Source: Octopus vulgaris
Lineage: Eukaryota
Length of the DNA: 64,000 bases
Direction of reading: 5' to 3'
Assembly: GCA_951406725.2 (NCBI GenBank)
Contig: OX597821.1
Span: 92,504,001 to 92,568,000 of the forward strand
Shown one piece after another: positions 1-13,997 of this stretch; position 1 is the first letter of the stretch, and every line of letters starts with the position of its first letter. Both the position numbers and the translations under genes were made by a program. The notes beneath the pieces are model-generated. The model was not told the DNA's origin, ran no database searches, and saw nothing but the letters and a program-made list of their open reading frames with translations.

Positions 1-1103
1 AAATTGATAGCAATATTAATAGAAATTATTTCCTTTATTTGCTTGAAGGACATTGGATGAAGAAGACATTATAAAAATAGGTTATATATCATATGGGTGT
101 TTACATAAAATCTGTCAAAGAAATTTTAAGTAGCATTGAGATAAAGAGAATATGTAATATACAAATATATCAAAACATGGATGACAGTGTCAGTTTTTCA
201 GATACAGGCAGAACTTAATAAGGAGTAATCAGTAAACTTTTCACAGATCCAAGTTCACTAATATAACTAAGGGCTAGTGCCTCATTCTAACATTTGTCTG
301 GCAACATATATGTGTATCTTGTCCAAGTGTTTGTACTATAGTGGCAGACCTGAAGAATTCACAAGAAGAATGCACTTCTCTCAGAAGCTTCTCAAATTCT
401 TGTTCAAAAGAAAATTGAAAAAGACAAGAAGGACTTGAATAATGATAATAACAACCGTAAACTTGGGCAGAAGGTTTTAAATTTAGCAGAGTGCTTTACT
501 ATATTATATTTTTGCTACTACTTTGTTTCATCAGCCCCCAGAGAGATAAAAAGCAAAGCTGACATCAGCAGTATTTGAACTCAAAACATAAAGACCCAGT
601 ATATATATACCACAAGGCATATTGTCTTACTATGAATTATTCTACCAATTCACCAATTTCCTACATCTTTTAAAAGACTTAGTCAGAATGGTAAGGGCTT
701 TCCCATGATATTTTTTAGATTGATGAAATGGGGAAGTTAATTTTCGACTAGTGACCTGATACAGTTAACTGCAACAGACTATAATCAACTCATGATAACC
801 AAAGTGTCAGGTAGAAGTGTCAAAATGAATATGCAATTTTTAGAATGATTGGCACTGTCAGTGCTATCAACCCTGGTATTTTACTGGTACTTATTTTGCA
901 TTGAATCCGGAAAGATAAAACCAAACGTTAAATCTGATGGGATTTGAACAGATAATGTAAAAATGCGTAATGGGATGCAACACAGAATTTTCTTCAGTCA
1001 TTTGCTGATTCTGTCACATCATCACCCACATCGTCATCATCATCATCATCACCATCATCATGAAAAGAACACTGAAAATGATGATGATGATGATGACGAC
1101 GAC

Positions 1104-1138
<35 letters not shown>

Positions 1139-1404
1139 CGACGACAATGATGATGATGATGATAAAGACAATAATAATAACGACCATTGCATTCCTAATA
1201 ATAGCCGTATCAGTTATAGAAGAAGCGGCTACACAGTTAATGAAGTGTAAACTCTTTAGCAATCAGAGATAAAAGAAAGACGATGACTCACGACAAGAAA
1301 CATTATGAAAATCACCAAATATGATTGGCTAGAGTGACCAACTGAGGTGAGAATAATATCATCGAATATGTTTGAAAAAAATATAGCTGGATATATGACT
1401 ACCT

Positions 1405-1440
<36 letters not shown>

Positions 1441-1952
1441 CATATATATATATATACACACTAACATACATTCATACATATATGCATACATACACACACG
1501 TGTATATCACATATATATAAAGATATATGCATATTCATACATATATATATAAAAATATACACATGTATATATGTATGCATACATACATATAAATATATAT
1601 ATATATATATGAATATACATGTATGTACATATACATACATATATACATATATATATATACACATGTATATACATATACATAAATACATATATATATATAT
1701 ACATGCATATATATATACATAAATAAATACATATATATATATACACGCACATACATGTATATACATATAAATACATATATACACACATATATAAACATAC
1801 ATATATACATATTTTTATGTATATATATATGTGATATATATATGTATATGCATATATATTTACATTTATATGCACATATATATCTATATATATACCTGTC
1901 TATCTACATATCTGTCTATCTATCTATCTATCTATCTATCTGTCTATCCATG

Positions 1953-2034
<82 letters not shown>

Positions 2035-2043
2035 GCTAGCTAG

Positions 2044-2094
<51 letters not shown>

Positions 2095-2128
2095 GCTATG
2101 TATGTATCTATGTATGTATGTATCTATC

Positions 2129-2201
<73 letters not shown>

Positions 2202-2214
2202 GCTAGCTAGCTAG

Positions 2215-2264
<50 letters not shown>

Positions 2265-2748
2265 CTATCTAACAATCTCTCTCAATATAAATACATATAT
2301 AGTCCTCAACCCCGATATCATCATCGTCTTCATCATCATCATCATCATCATCATCACCATCGAGACCATAATCATGCTTGTTTTTCATGTCTGCTTTTTC
2401 CATGGTAGCATGTATGTATGAATTTATATATGCACTCTGGTCTGATGCAGCAATTATACATTTCATATAGACACAGATAAAAATTCATACACACATACAT
2501 GCAAAGGCTGATGCACACACACACACACCTATAGCCATACATACATATTATTAATCGCAAATGCATGTACAAATTTCACAAATGCAGATTTTCATCTCTC
2601 AGGAATCAAATATGTTAGTGAAAACTGCAGCTGAGACTTGCAGTAAATTCTACAAACCTGTGATTAAAACCCAAGTAATGGCAGCAAATATTCTTGCATA
2701 TATGTGTAGGTATATATTTGTTTCTTCATGCTTACATACATACATATA

Positions 2749-2796
<48 letters not shown>

Positions 2797-2804
2797 GAGA
2801 GAGG

Positions 2805-2863
<59 letters not shown>

Positions 2864-3752
2864 TACATAGAGATGAAGAAAAAAGAAGAAACGTGTATGC
2901 AGGCATGTGTGTGTGTGTGTATGTCTATGTGTGTACATGCATGTGCATATGTGTGTATATGTCTGCATGCATACGTGCATACGCATGTGCACATGTATAT
3001 GCATGTGTGAGTGCGTGTGTGTGTTCATATTTGTGTGTGTGTGTGTGCATTTGTGTGTACGTGTGTGTGCATGTATACATGCATGTGTACATGTGTGAGT
3101 GCATGCCTGCATGCATATGTGTATATGCATATGCACGTGTGTATGCATGTGTATGTGCATATGCATGCATATGTGTGCATATGCATGTATATGTGTGTGC
3201 ATGTGTGTGTGTGTCTGCATGTGTGTGCACGTGTGTGTGTGTGTGTCTGCATGTGTGTGCGTGTTTGTGTGTGTGTGTGTGTAGAGTCATCCTCTGTGTT
3301 ACTGAAGCATTGCATTCCTGAAAGTTTTGTTGTAATGTAAAATTCTATAATGAGAAACACAGATCCCATTGATTTCAATGATCGTTATGTTTCATTTAAT
3401 ATGGAAATCAATGTAAAATATGTTTTACATTACAGACTTGCATATTATGACACGATTTCTAGGAATGCAATGTTACCATAGGCATATATATGAATACATA
3501 TCTTTTATCTTTTATTGGATTCAGTCATCTGGCTATGGCCATGCTTGGGCACCACCTTGAAGGATTTTAGTCAAACAAATTGACCCCGGGACTTTATTAT
3601 CTTTTGAAGCCTAGTATTTATTCTATCAGTCTATTTTGTCAAACTGCTAAGTTATGAAGTTATAGGGACATAAACACCCCACCACCAGGTGTCAAGTGGT
3701 GGTGGAAGACAAACATAGACAAAGAGACACACACATATAGATATATACACAC

Positions 3753-3785
<33 letters not shown>

Positions 3786-3904
3786 CGATGAGCTTCTTAC
3801 AGTTTCCATGTACCAAATACACTCACAAGGCTTTGGTCGGCAAATACATATATATGTGTGAATGTGTACACATATATATATATATACACACACACTTTTG
3901 TGTA

Positions 3905-4545
3905 TACAGTGTGCAGCAGGTAACTGAAGGTATTTAATTATCAGTATATTATCTACTTCAAACTAATTAAAGGGTCTTTATTTCTTCCAGATCCTCCATG
4001 GTAGATAAAATGCCAACACTAGAAATGAAAAGACATGCAGTCATTGTTGCCAAATGCGAAGAACAGAGCAATTTCGAAATTGCCAACTTTCTAAATGTTG
4101 CCATATCATTTGCAGAAAATGTTCATATGGAATTGTAATGGTTCAGTTGTATCAAAGAGAAACGAAACAATCTGAACTTTTTGGTCAGTATAAGGACACC
4201 ATTAAGGTAGCAATCTGGCAGAATCATTAGCATGCCTGGCCAAATGCTTAGCAGCATTTCATCTGTCGTTACGTTCTGAGTTCAATTTCTGCTGAAGTCG
4301 ACTTTGCCTTAATAAAATAAGTACCAGTTGAGCACAGGAGTCAATATAATTAATTTACCCCACTTCCCCTGAAATTACTGGCTTTGTGACAAAATTTGAA
4401 ACCAGTGTAAGGACACCACAATTCAGCTAACAGATCCAAATCATTGTTGGTGATGATCCCAGAGAGTCAATGAGGTCTATCACAAGAACTGTGTTGCACA
4501 TCAACATTCAATACAAGACATTTGTGCAGAGGAGAGTTTAATTCA
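3905..4545 (+). mobile_element. Degenerate 5' part of a maT/DD37D-like Tc1-mariner transposase, interrupted by a SINE at ~4206-4405
   Basis: Hand translation gives EMKRHAVIVAKCEEQSNFEIANFLNVAISFAENVHMEL (~4022-4137) and IQIIVGDDPRESMRSITR (~4434-4488), resembling the N-terminal HTH region of mariner-like transposases. Begins TA-CAG. Confidence 0.6.
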
Positions 4546-4720
4546 TGTCTCCATGAATGTGTGTGTGTGTATATATACATATATATATGTGTGTGTGTAT
4601 ACATATATTTGTATGTATGTGTATATATATACACACACGCACATATATATATATGTATGTATATACATATATTTATGTATATATATATGCATGTATATAC
4701 GTATATATATATTTACATAC

Positions 4721-4904
4721 CATAAGGGACTAAAGCCATCTGAATATGGCTAGGGACAGGGCAGGGTGGTGGGGGTGTTACTGTTGCATTTAGCCCCAGG
4801 CGAACATCGACGTCACCAGAAAGGCTCGACAGAAAATGCAACAGTAACACCCCCACCACCCTGCCCTGTCCCTAGCCATATTCAGATGGCTTTAGTCCCT
4901 TATG
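4721..4904. repeat. Perfect 71-bp inverted repeat with 42-bp spacer, in a TA-microsatellite context
   Basis: 4721-4791 is the exact reverse complement of 4834-4904 (checked base by base). Confidence 0.95.
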
Positions 4905-4969
4905 TTATCGAGCAGTTACTGTCTATAACCCTTTTAGAGAATTATTATTGCTATATTTACATATATATA

Positions 4970-5005
<36 letters not shown>

Positions 5006-5023
5006 TGTATGTACGTATGTATG

Positions 5024-5057
<34 letters not shown>

Positions 5058-5149
5058 TCAACATGAAACTCAAAGAAATCATGTCTGCAATGTAAGCCAT
5101 ATGCTACAAGTTTGTTCCTGAATGAAAGGTTACTGCAAATAAGGACAAA

Positions 5150-5785
5150 ATTTCCAAAGAGAGGGTAAGTTCTCTCTTTGGATAGAACTTACAAACAAAG
5201 ACTGTAAACTACATAAATGCAGAACTCAAAGGCAGTGAAAAATCCTGCCTGGAAACAACATTGCTGGAGACTGAGAAACATCTGAAACACTCCCATGAAT
5301 AAGAAAGAGCAGACAAAGAAGCGTGGGTTATAGAAAATTATAAAATCAGACCCTAAAACCCATTTTAAGTATGCAAAAGAAACTGACTCTGAGCATTACA
5401 GTGTAGGACAAAAAGATGGTTCCTTCACAGGAAACCCAATGAGGATAATTAAAACACTGAATGAATATTGCTAAAGTGTTTTCACCCACCCTTACAGCAC
5501 ATGCAACTGTAGAGTTCTTTACCACTACAGATGTAAAAAAGAAGAAGGCTGTAACAATTGATTACATCACATCAAAGATGTAATACTGGTCATAGATTAG
5601 GTAGATGCAAACTCAGTTGCTGGCCTTGATTGATTCCCAGCAATCCACAAATCATACAAATGAGCTCTTGCAAAAGCACTGTATCTACTATTTCAGAGCC
5701 TGCTTGCAAATGGAAAGCTCCCATGCAAATTTAAGTAGGGAATGATATACCCTATCCCTAAAGGAGGAAATAGAGCAGATGAGGC
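5150..5785 (+). mobile_element. Degenerate APE-type (CR1/Jockey-like) LINE ORF2 fragment, linker and RT start
   Basis: IKSDPKTHFKYAK, DANSVAGLD*FPAI and KLPCKFK*GMIYPIPKGGNRAD resemble the 'GPD..P' and 'W...I.PI.KGG' motifs that precede LINE RT domain 1; stops present. Confidence 0.6.
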
Positions 5786-5939
5786 AGCCACATCAAACAA
5801 TCTCATTAACCTAATGCCACAGATCAGAGAAGGTTTCAACTAGTGAGTATGTGGCAAAGCTAACAGCAGTGCTCCAGCAAGGCCACAGCTCTGGAGTTGA
5901 AACTAATAAAAGAAAAATACAAGAAAAAAATATATATAT

Positions 5940-6335
5940 CTGTGTGGTAAGTAGCTTGTCTACCAGCCACATGGTTCCGGGTTCAGTCCTACTGCGTGGC
6001 ACCATGGGCAAGTGTCTTCTACTATAGTCTCGGGCCGACCAAAGCCTTGTGAGTGGATTTGGTAGATGGAAACTGAAAGAAGCCTGTCATATATATGTAT
6101 ATATACATAAGTGTGTGTGTATATGTTTGTGTGTCTGTGTTTGTCCCCCCAGCATTGCTTGACAACCGATGCTGGTGTGTTTACGTCCCTGTCACTTAGC
6201 AGTTCAGCAAAAGACACTAATAGAATAAGTACTGGGCTTACAAAGAATAAGTCCCGGGGTCGATTTGCTCGACTAAAGGCGGTGCTCCAGCATGGCCACA
6301 GTTAAATGACTGAAACAAGTAAAAGAGAAAAAGAG
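5940..6335 (+). mobile_element. SINE family B (tRNA-like head, CCTTGGGCAAGT-type core, internal TA/TG microsatellite, GTAAAAGA tail)
   Basis: A/B-box-like head TGTGTGGTAAG...CCGGGTTCAGTCC; near-identical copies at 7010(-), 17290(+) and 27460(+). Confidence 0.85.
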
Positions 6336-7009
6336 TATATATCTACATATATATATTTAATATATTTAGCATATAAACTCATCTCTAGATGTATGCATGA
6401 CTGTATTTGCATAAGTATGTATGTATATGTTATCAAGTGACTTTGCGAAATGTCTGTATATCAAATGGAACATGAAACAGATACTGCAAATTGTAAATTA
6501 CTTTTCAGTTGAAATATTTAATGAATTGAAGCTGATTTGAAATTAATTATCATGAAATACCGACTTTGATAACTAATGGTCATGTTATCATATTAATACT
6601 GCTATTCCTCTGTGGAGAAGTTATAAAATATAAATATTTCTGACATAAGTACAAAGCTACACAGTTTGATGAATGCTATAATGAATTATATTTGATGTAG
6701 ATAGATGTGAATTTTCTACAGGGATTTCAATTTGTTATTTTACTGTCTTCTGTTATCCACACATTTTAATAATATCAGAAATAATAAAAATGATTATGGC
6801 AAACTTTAAGACAACACCATTATTTTTAGGTAGAAAGGGTTGTCTGATTACATCAATCCCAGTGATTAACTTGCACTTTCTTTTTAATCACCTTAAAATG
6901 ATGAAAGGCAAATGTGACATGGCAGAATTTGAACTCATAACATAAAGAGCCTAAAAACAAAACCATTTTATGTTTTCTTTTTTCCCTCCTGCTTCTTTAA
7001 TTTTTCTAT

Positions 7010-7415
7010 TACTCTTTACTCTTTTACTTGTTTCAGTCATTTGACTGTGGACATGCTGGAGCACCGCCTTTAGTCGAGCAAATCGACCCTGGGACTTATT
7101 CTTTGTAAGCCCAGTACTTATTCTATCGGTCTCTTTTGCCGAACTGCAAAGTGATGGGGATGTAAACACACCAGCATCGGTTGTCAAGCAATGCTAGGGG
7201 GACAAACACAGACACACAAACACACAGACGCATATATATATATACATATATACGACGGGCTTCTTTCAGTTTCCGTCTACGAAATCCACTCACAAGGCTT
7301 TGGTCGGCCCGAGGCTATACTAGAAGATACTTGCCCAAGGTGCCATGCAGTGGGGCTGAACTCGGAACCATGTGGTTGGTAAACAAGCTACTTACCACAC
7401 AGCCACTCCTGTGCC
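7010..7415 (-). mobile_element. SINE family B
   Basis: Reverse complement matches 5940-6335 and 17290-17705. Confidence 0.85.
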
Positions 7416-7532
7416 TATATTGTTTTTTTTTCTAATATTTCTATTTATCTTTCTTCTCTTTTGCTAGTTACTTCAAACCAGTGGTTTGTTTTGTTTGTAT
7501 GCATGACTATCTGCATATATGTATGTGATGTG

Positions 7533-8016
7533 TGAAGGCACAATGGCCCAGTGGTTAGGGCCATGGACTTACGGTCGTCGGATCGCGATTTCAATTCCCA
7601 GACTGAGTATTGTGAGTGTTTATTGAGTAAAAACGCCTAAAGCTCCACGAGGCTCCGGCAAGGGGTGGTGGTGAACCCTGCTGTACTCTTTCACCACAAC
7701 TTTCTATCACTCTTTCTTCCTATTTTTCTTGTACCTGTATTTCAAAGGGTCAGCCTTGTCATACTCTGTGTCATGCTGAATCTCCCCAAAGAACTACGTT
7801 AAGGGTACATGTGTCTATTAATAAATGAGCTGCGTCATCACTGGTGCCAAGCTGTATCAACCTTTGCCTTTCCCTTGGGTAACACTGGTGGCGTGGAGAG
7901 GGGAGGCTGGTATGCATGGGCGACTGCTGGTCTTCCATAAACAACCTTGCCTGGACTTGTGCCTTGAGGGTAACCTCCTAGGTGCAATCCCATGGTCATT
8001 CATGACCGAAGGGAGT
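7533..8016 (+). mobile_element. SINE family A variant with a different 3' module
   Basis: Head and body match family A to ~7815, then diverge into a different tail ending ...CATGACCGAAGGGAGTC. Confidence 0.75.
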
Positions 8017-8246
8017 CACAACAACAATGTATGTTGTGTGTTTCTGTAACTGTACATATGCTTGTATGTATATATATAAATACTTGGCATGTGGAAAGCA
8101 CCTTTTGAGTGTTGGGCCTCACAGAGGCAATGATGAAGGACTGAGACCTTTGGCATTATTCCAGGCTTGAAAAGAAGACCCATCAAGCCAATTAAAATTG
8201 TAATCATGGCAGATATATATATATATACATATACAAATATATACAC

Positions 8247-8277
<31 letters not shown>

Positions 8278-8288
8278 TACATATCTAT

Positions 8289-8329
<41 letters not shown>

Positions 8330-8765
8330 TTATAAGTAGAGTCGACAAAAAAAAATACTTCATTCATACATATGACTCCAAAGAACTGCAAAAGTTTTGA
8401 GAGGTGGTCCTTACATTTGATTTCATGATATTAAGAGACAAATTTCTATACGTAAATTCCATACATTAATTTATAAATCAAACAAGCGTATTTTGAAAAC
8501 CTGCTTATTCACAGAAGTGTACATGTAGAAGCATGCATGCATACATACGCACATACATATAAGCATGTGTGTCTGTTTGTGAGTATGTGTGTAGATACAC
8601 AAGTATATATTTATAAATACATATGTATGCATGTGTGTATATGTCAATATAGGCAGTATATACATGATATGCATATTCTGCTACTGTGAATATCGAAGAA
8701 AGTTTAAACTTTTGACTATTTAAAATGACTGTTTCGTTTTAGAAAAGAAAATACATTGCAAAGTT

Positions 8766-8807
<42 letters not shown>

Positions 8808-9169
8808 GCTCTGTGATCATGGTTCACGGTTGATGTTTCTGTCTGTTGGCAATGTTGTCACCTTGAATATCTAGAATAATGATTATGTTCATGCATAAAA
8901 GCCAAACGAAAAATAAAATTAAAATTTTAAAAATATATATATATATATATATATATAAATGTATATATGAAAGAGCATACTCCAAAACCATCATGTTGCT
9001 TAAAATAACTTTGTACAAGACAGCATATCAAGTCATAATGAGAAAGACAGAGAGGGAAGGATGGGGGGGGGGGGGTTAAGACATCATGGAGCATTTCAGC
9101 ATGAATAGTTATACTTTTATTTACTGCTGTCAATATGTTTCAGATGTTATTCGTTTATGCAGATGATAA

Positions 9170-9211
<42 letters not shown>

Positions 9212-9212
9212 G

Positions 9213-9257
<45 letters not shown>

Positions 9258-9411
9258 GTATAAATAATTGGCCAAATAAGATAAGTGAGAGTGAGCTCGT
9301 GTGATTGACTCTTTGAATCAGTATTCTTGTTCTCAATCAATCTCTATACCTCTTCCCTCTCTCTCTCTCTCCTCTCCTCTCCTCTCCTCTCTCTCTCTCT
9401 CAATATATATA

Positions 9412-9828
9412 TATTTCTTTACTGCCCACAAGGGGCTAAACATAGAGGGGACAAACAAGGACAGACAAAGGGATTAAGTCGATTACATCGACCCCAGTGC
9501 GAAACTGGTACTTTATTTATCGACCCCGAGAGGATGAAAGGCAAAGTCGACCTCGGCGGAATTTGAACTCAGAACGCAATGACTGACGAAATACCTATTT
9601 CTTTATTACCCACAAGGGGCTAAATACAGAGGGGACAAACAGGGACAGACAAAGGGATTAAGTCGATTACATCGACCCCAGTGCGAAACTGGTACTTTAT
9701 TTATCGACCCCGAAAGGATAAAAGACAAAGTCGACCTCGGCGGAATTTGAACTCAGAACGTAACGACAGACGAAATACCGCTAAGCATTTCGCCCGGCGC
9801 GTTAACGTGTCTGCCAGCTCGCCGCCTT
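9412..9828 (-). mobile_element. SINE family C (Meta-domain-like core), partial tandem of ~1.7 copies
   Basis: Minus strand reads GGCGGCGAGCTGGCAGA...GTTCTGAGTTCAAATTCCGCCGAGGTCGACTTTG..TCCTTTCGGGGTCGATAAA..GTACCAG; the body is repeated. Confidence 0.85.
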
Positions 9829-10323
9829 ACATATATATCCCAGTGTTCGGGTTAAGTTTGATGATGTTCTATGTCTTCTTTTCCTTTTCAGGAATAGCTC
9901 AATGTGTGAGGAATAGTCAGCAGTGTTGTAGAGCACAAATATCAAGATTGTAGCTGAGAAAAAGTTAGCGGACATGGAGGACTGGAAGCAATCTGAATAT
10001 TGGAAAAAAATTACCTGTATCAAGATGATCCATGCCAGGTGTCAAAATGCCTACATCGTGGCTGCTATTCAATGATCTAGGAACATTATAAGGGCTCTAA
10101 GACAAGACAGAGAGTTATAACTTAGACTAGGAAGCTGTGGCTTGTAGGAAGGGAAACAGCAGTGATGGTGAATTCATGCCACCCCCTGCATCTTTGAACA
10201 GAGCCTTAGATTCAATTCAGATATGTAGCTGAACTGAACTGAAATGAAATGATAAGAAATAAAAATAATCTCAGTTGGTGAATAATTTTGACTAAACCTT
10301 TGGTTGGACAGCAAAAAGTGTAG

Positions 10324-10392
<69 letters not shown>

Positions 10393-10402
<10 letters not shown>

Positions 10403-10926
10403 CATATTATATAAAATCCGTTCTGTCTGTTTGTGTGTCTTCTAGGATCTCGGGCATCCTCCATCCAATTGTGCTCATATTTGATATGCAGATACCGACG
10501 GTATCAGGGCGTGTATAAGTCTTGAAATAATTACAAAAATCGATTCCAGGTGAGAATGCGATCGATAAAACCGTTTTTGTCCTGCTTTTCTTCCGTCAAC
10601 CTGTACATAACTGCACCTTTCTTTTTTTTTTTTTGTTTTTGTTCTGCTTAAAGGCACGTTTCTTTCCTGCCAAGCTTACTATTTAAACCATGTTTGTGTT
10701 CTCCCAGTCAACAGCCTTATCACTACTGGTACTTTAAACTATACGGTTGTATATTTGTGTGAATAAAATCGTTTTTCTTTGGAACAGAAAAAAGTCTATC
10801 TTTATTTCTTCTTTTGCTGGTGTCTCAAATTTAAGTTAAATCAGTGTATCGCAAAGGGGAAGCCTATAGGACTGTCGGACAAGTTGTTTTGAGAAAATTT
10901 GGTTTAAATGTTTGACAACTCAGCAC
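10393..10926 (+). mobile_element. Non-autonomous Helitron/DINE-1-like element, 3' truncated
   Basis: Shares its 5' ~170 bp and the GGTTTAAATGTTTGACAACTCAGCA segment with 33510-33870; has a CTGT microsatellite near the 5' end; absent from the paralogous empty site at ~12835. Confidence 0.6.
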
Positions 10927-11126
10927 AAATAAGTTTCATCATTCTAATTCATCTTTTACATTCTTACGCTATGAAGCACATCATAAAGGAAAATAAGCAA
11001 TATCTTGCAAATTCATTTCGTTTATATTTGAAAGTACAATTTTGATTAAATGGCAGGATTTCAAAAGATTTTTATGAACTTCCTCGTTTGTGTTCAAACT
11101 AATAACACAATGTTCTCTCAAAGAGA

Positions 11127-11624
11127 AGCTGCTGGAAACTGTGGTCAAACCCTAGCTGTAGAAGACTGCTGGTGGTGGTAGGCCACATGTGTGGCAGCAG
11201 AGTTCGGCTTCTTGCCATACTTCTGGAAACAGTCTGAAGTGATTGTCAGAGAATTTCTACAACTTCATAATCCCCAATGTCTAGCTGCCTAATCCCTCCA
11301 CCCCGATTGTAATCCCATGGATTTCTACGTGTGAGACACACTTGAGAAAGACACCAACTGCTCTATATGCAACACCATGGCAGCCAAGATCAAGGAGGTA
11401 TTCGAAGACCTTCCCAGTGACACAGTATGGAATGCATGCACTAGGTTCTGGAGCTGTCTTGAGATATGATGGAAGATGTGGGTGACTACTTTTGAGCAAG
11501 CTGTCATTTCCCAGTCATAATCTACTTGACATTTTTAATCTTTTAAAATACTTTTCTTTTTGGATGGAATATTGTGTTTTCGTTTCTTTTTATGCAAACT
11601 CTTGAATTTATCTTAAACACCTGG
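11127..11624 (+). mobile_element. Degenerate 3' half of a maT/DD37D-like transposase
   Basis: RPHVWQQSSASCHTSGNSLK*LSENFYNF...PDCNPMDFYV resembles the 'WQQDSAPCHT...SPDCNPMDY' catalytic region; ends with a TIR-like ...AAACACCTGGTA. Confidence 0.7.
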
Positions 11625-11859
11625 TATGTAGTAAACACAAGTAGATTTGATAGGTTAAGTTGTGTGATAAACTCTAATAATAATTTGCCTGAATTAGTCT
11701 TTGATACTTTAGGTAGAGGTAATTCCAAATGTAAAATTGATACCTTTAAGATAACACTTAGCAATAATATTGATTATAATACTGATAATAATCTTGGTTT
11801 AACACCTAATTCTGAGAGCTGAATTAGTAAATTTCCTTTAACCAAGAGTGCTACATATG

Positions 11860-12280
11860 AGTGAATAAGCACCTCTGTAATTTCAAGGACAAAAATGTGT
11901 CCTTTAGAAAATCATTCTTTAAGGAAGACTATAGTATATAACTGTAGGATAATTGCAGGGGATAGTACTATTATTTCATAGGTTCTTTTGCTACAATTTG
12001 GAAATTCAGATTACACAACCATCTTTCTACATTTAAATTTAGAAAATGTAATTCTGCGAATCTCAGAAAATTCCTTTGGGATTTCAAAGACAGGGACAAT
12101 AACTACGATCTAAAGTGATCCAGTATTAGTTATGCTCCGTCGTACAATACTGGTAATTTTTAATGTGATCTTTGCCTAGAGAAATGTTATTTTTTAATTA
12201 CTTCAAAATTAAGATTATTAAATTGTAGAAACAATCGTACATTGAAATATTCCCATAAATTAAGAAAAGCATTTACATAT
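11860..12280 (+). mobile_element. Penelope-like element GIY-YIG endonuclease relic
   Basis: With frameshifts: CNFKDK..CPLENHSLRKTIVYNCRI...IGSFATIWKFRLHNHLSTFKFRKCNSANLRKFLWDFKDRDNNYDLK*S...PSYNTGNF*CDLCLEK, matching the PLE pattern C.C..CPL..(V)IY..YIG..R..NH..L..W..Y..W..C.LCL.E. Confidence 0.75.
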
Positions 12281-13679
12281 TTCAATAACAAAAACGGCTT
12301 CATTGGTCAGGGAGAGAGTCTATATTATTCTGTATTTGTGTGTTAAAATTGCAGACTCAGGCGAAATGTTTAACACTATGAAACAATGTCATGATGATCT
12401 ATAAATTTATGATTGTAAAGGTATACAAAGAGATGTAGATGTTACACATTTACCATTCATGTGTTCCAGACCAAAAGCTGTAGCCATAACGGGATACCAC
12501 CATTACTCATCTATTTTTGTTGGTTGGTTTAAATACTTATTGATATTATTAGGGTAGACAGATGCAGAAGGGAATGCAGATATGGTATCTAATTAGATAG
12601 ACAGACAGACAGACGGACGGGTGGACGGACGGACAAATAGAGAGACAAACAAATAGATAGACACATAGATAAGTAAATCTACAGATATGTAAATAGGGGT
12701 ATATTAATACATATGCAAGTAGATATGTAGCTGAACTGAAATGAAATGAAATGAAGAAATAAAAATAATCTCAAGTGGTAAATAATTTTGACTAAGCCTC
12801 GGTGGTGGTTGGACAAGCAAATAGTGTAGTTATATATATATACGAATAAGTTTCATCATTCTAATTCATCTTTTACATCCTTACACTATGAAGCACATCA
12901 TAAAGGAAAATAAGCAATATCTTGCAAATTCATTTCGTTTATATTTGAAAGTACAAATTTGATTAAATGGCAGGATTTCAAAAGATTTTTATGAAATTCC
13001 TCGTTTGAGTTCAAACTAATAACAGAATGTTCTCTCAAATATGCTGACTTACGCTGGAATTTCCACAGGATCTGCTAGTAAGCATAATTTTTCTAAATTC
13101 TTTTTAGCATATATTAATAGCTAGATAACTAAATGTCGTGACAGAGAATTTGTATATTTACTTATTATTCTTTTGTTATCTGCTGACGTCATCATAAGTT
13201 TAAATAACGAACTGTCTTTTCTTAGACTATTATGTTTCTTCTTAACATTCATTTCGTATACGTACATATATTAGAGATATTATCGCAGTTCACTTAGAAT
13301 TTAACGTTTTCGTTGTTACCTTGATAACAATTTGTTAGCATAAATTTTCAGTTAAATTCATTTGTACCTTACTTCTATGTCTAAATATGCTGGCAGAATA
13401 GAAACAATGATCGGCAATGTATGCTGTAATCATCAACTGAATAGATCACCAAATACATCGCCTCTGCTAGCAATATAAAAATGCGTGCTTTTATGCACCA
13501 TGCATGCATATGTGAGGTTTTCTCAAGGTAGATACTGCTGTATTCGGGGTGCTAAGAATACTTCCATGTTAAATTGAATATAAAAATTGCCTTATATACA
13601 TATATACATAAACAAATAAATGTGCCCTTTTTTAAAGCCTAGCCAGGCTCATGGGCCCAGTTTAATAATTATATATATA

Positions 13680-13872
13680 TAGACGCCATGATAGATCGTT
13701 AGCCACTACACACATTTTTTCTCTTCTTGTTTTCTGTGTCCCTTTCTGTAGAAGAGCGTAGGCTCGAAACGTAAAATACTTTTTTCTATTCCTGAGCGTT
13801 ATACTAATATATCTGTTTGTTTTGTACACCACCTGTCTTCGTCTTTTGTTGTTTTTTGCGTAAACTTTCCCT
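13680..13872 (+). mobile_element. Short non-autonomous PLE-like element (family H1) in (TA)n, carrying an HHR-like motif
   Basis: Inverted copy at 15241-15430 and further copies at 49505-49755. Confidence 0.75.
13742..13777 (+). ncRNA. Minimal type I hammerhead-like motif with CUGUAGA core
   Basis: cttt-CTGTAGA-a-gagc[gtag]gctc-GAAAC-GTA-aaat; other copies have aaag, which completes stem I. Confidence 0.65.
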
Positions 13873-13917
13873 ATATATATAGAGAGAGGGGGAGAGAGGG
13901 AGAGAGAGAGAGGAAGC

Positions 13918-13997
<80 letters not shown>

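Noticed and set aside
40-430. Coding-like composition at the window start
   Set aside because: No sustained open frame and no recognisable motif.
963-3378. Many ORFs with poly-D/H and YI/CV/HT repeats (also throughout the window)
   Set aside because: Translations of stop-free microsatellites; no coding signal.
5811-7435. Recurrent similar short ORFs (…[24 protein letters not shown]…; MRNWYFIYRPRKDERQSRP…; MVVIPAVLFHHNF…)
   Set aside because: They recur because they are SINE sequence, not a gene family.
9891-10075. Polypyrimidine-AG acceptor followed by a possible exon (…AEKKLADMEDWKQSEYWKK…)
   Set aside because: The frames I checked from the acceptor hit stops, and I recognise no homology; needs RNA-seq or tblastx.
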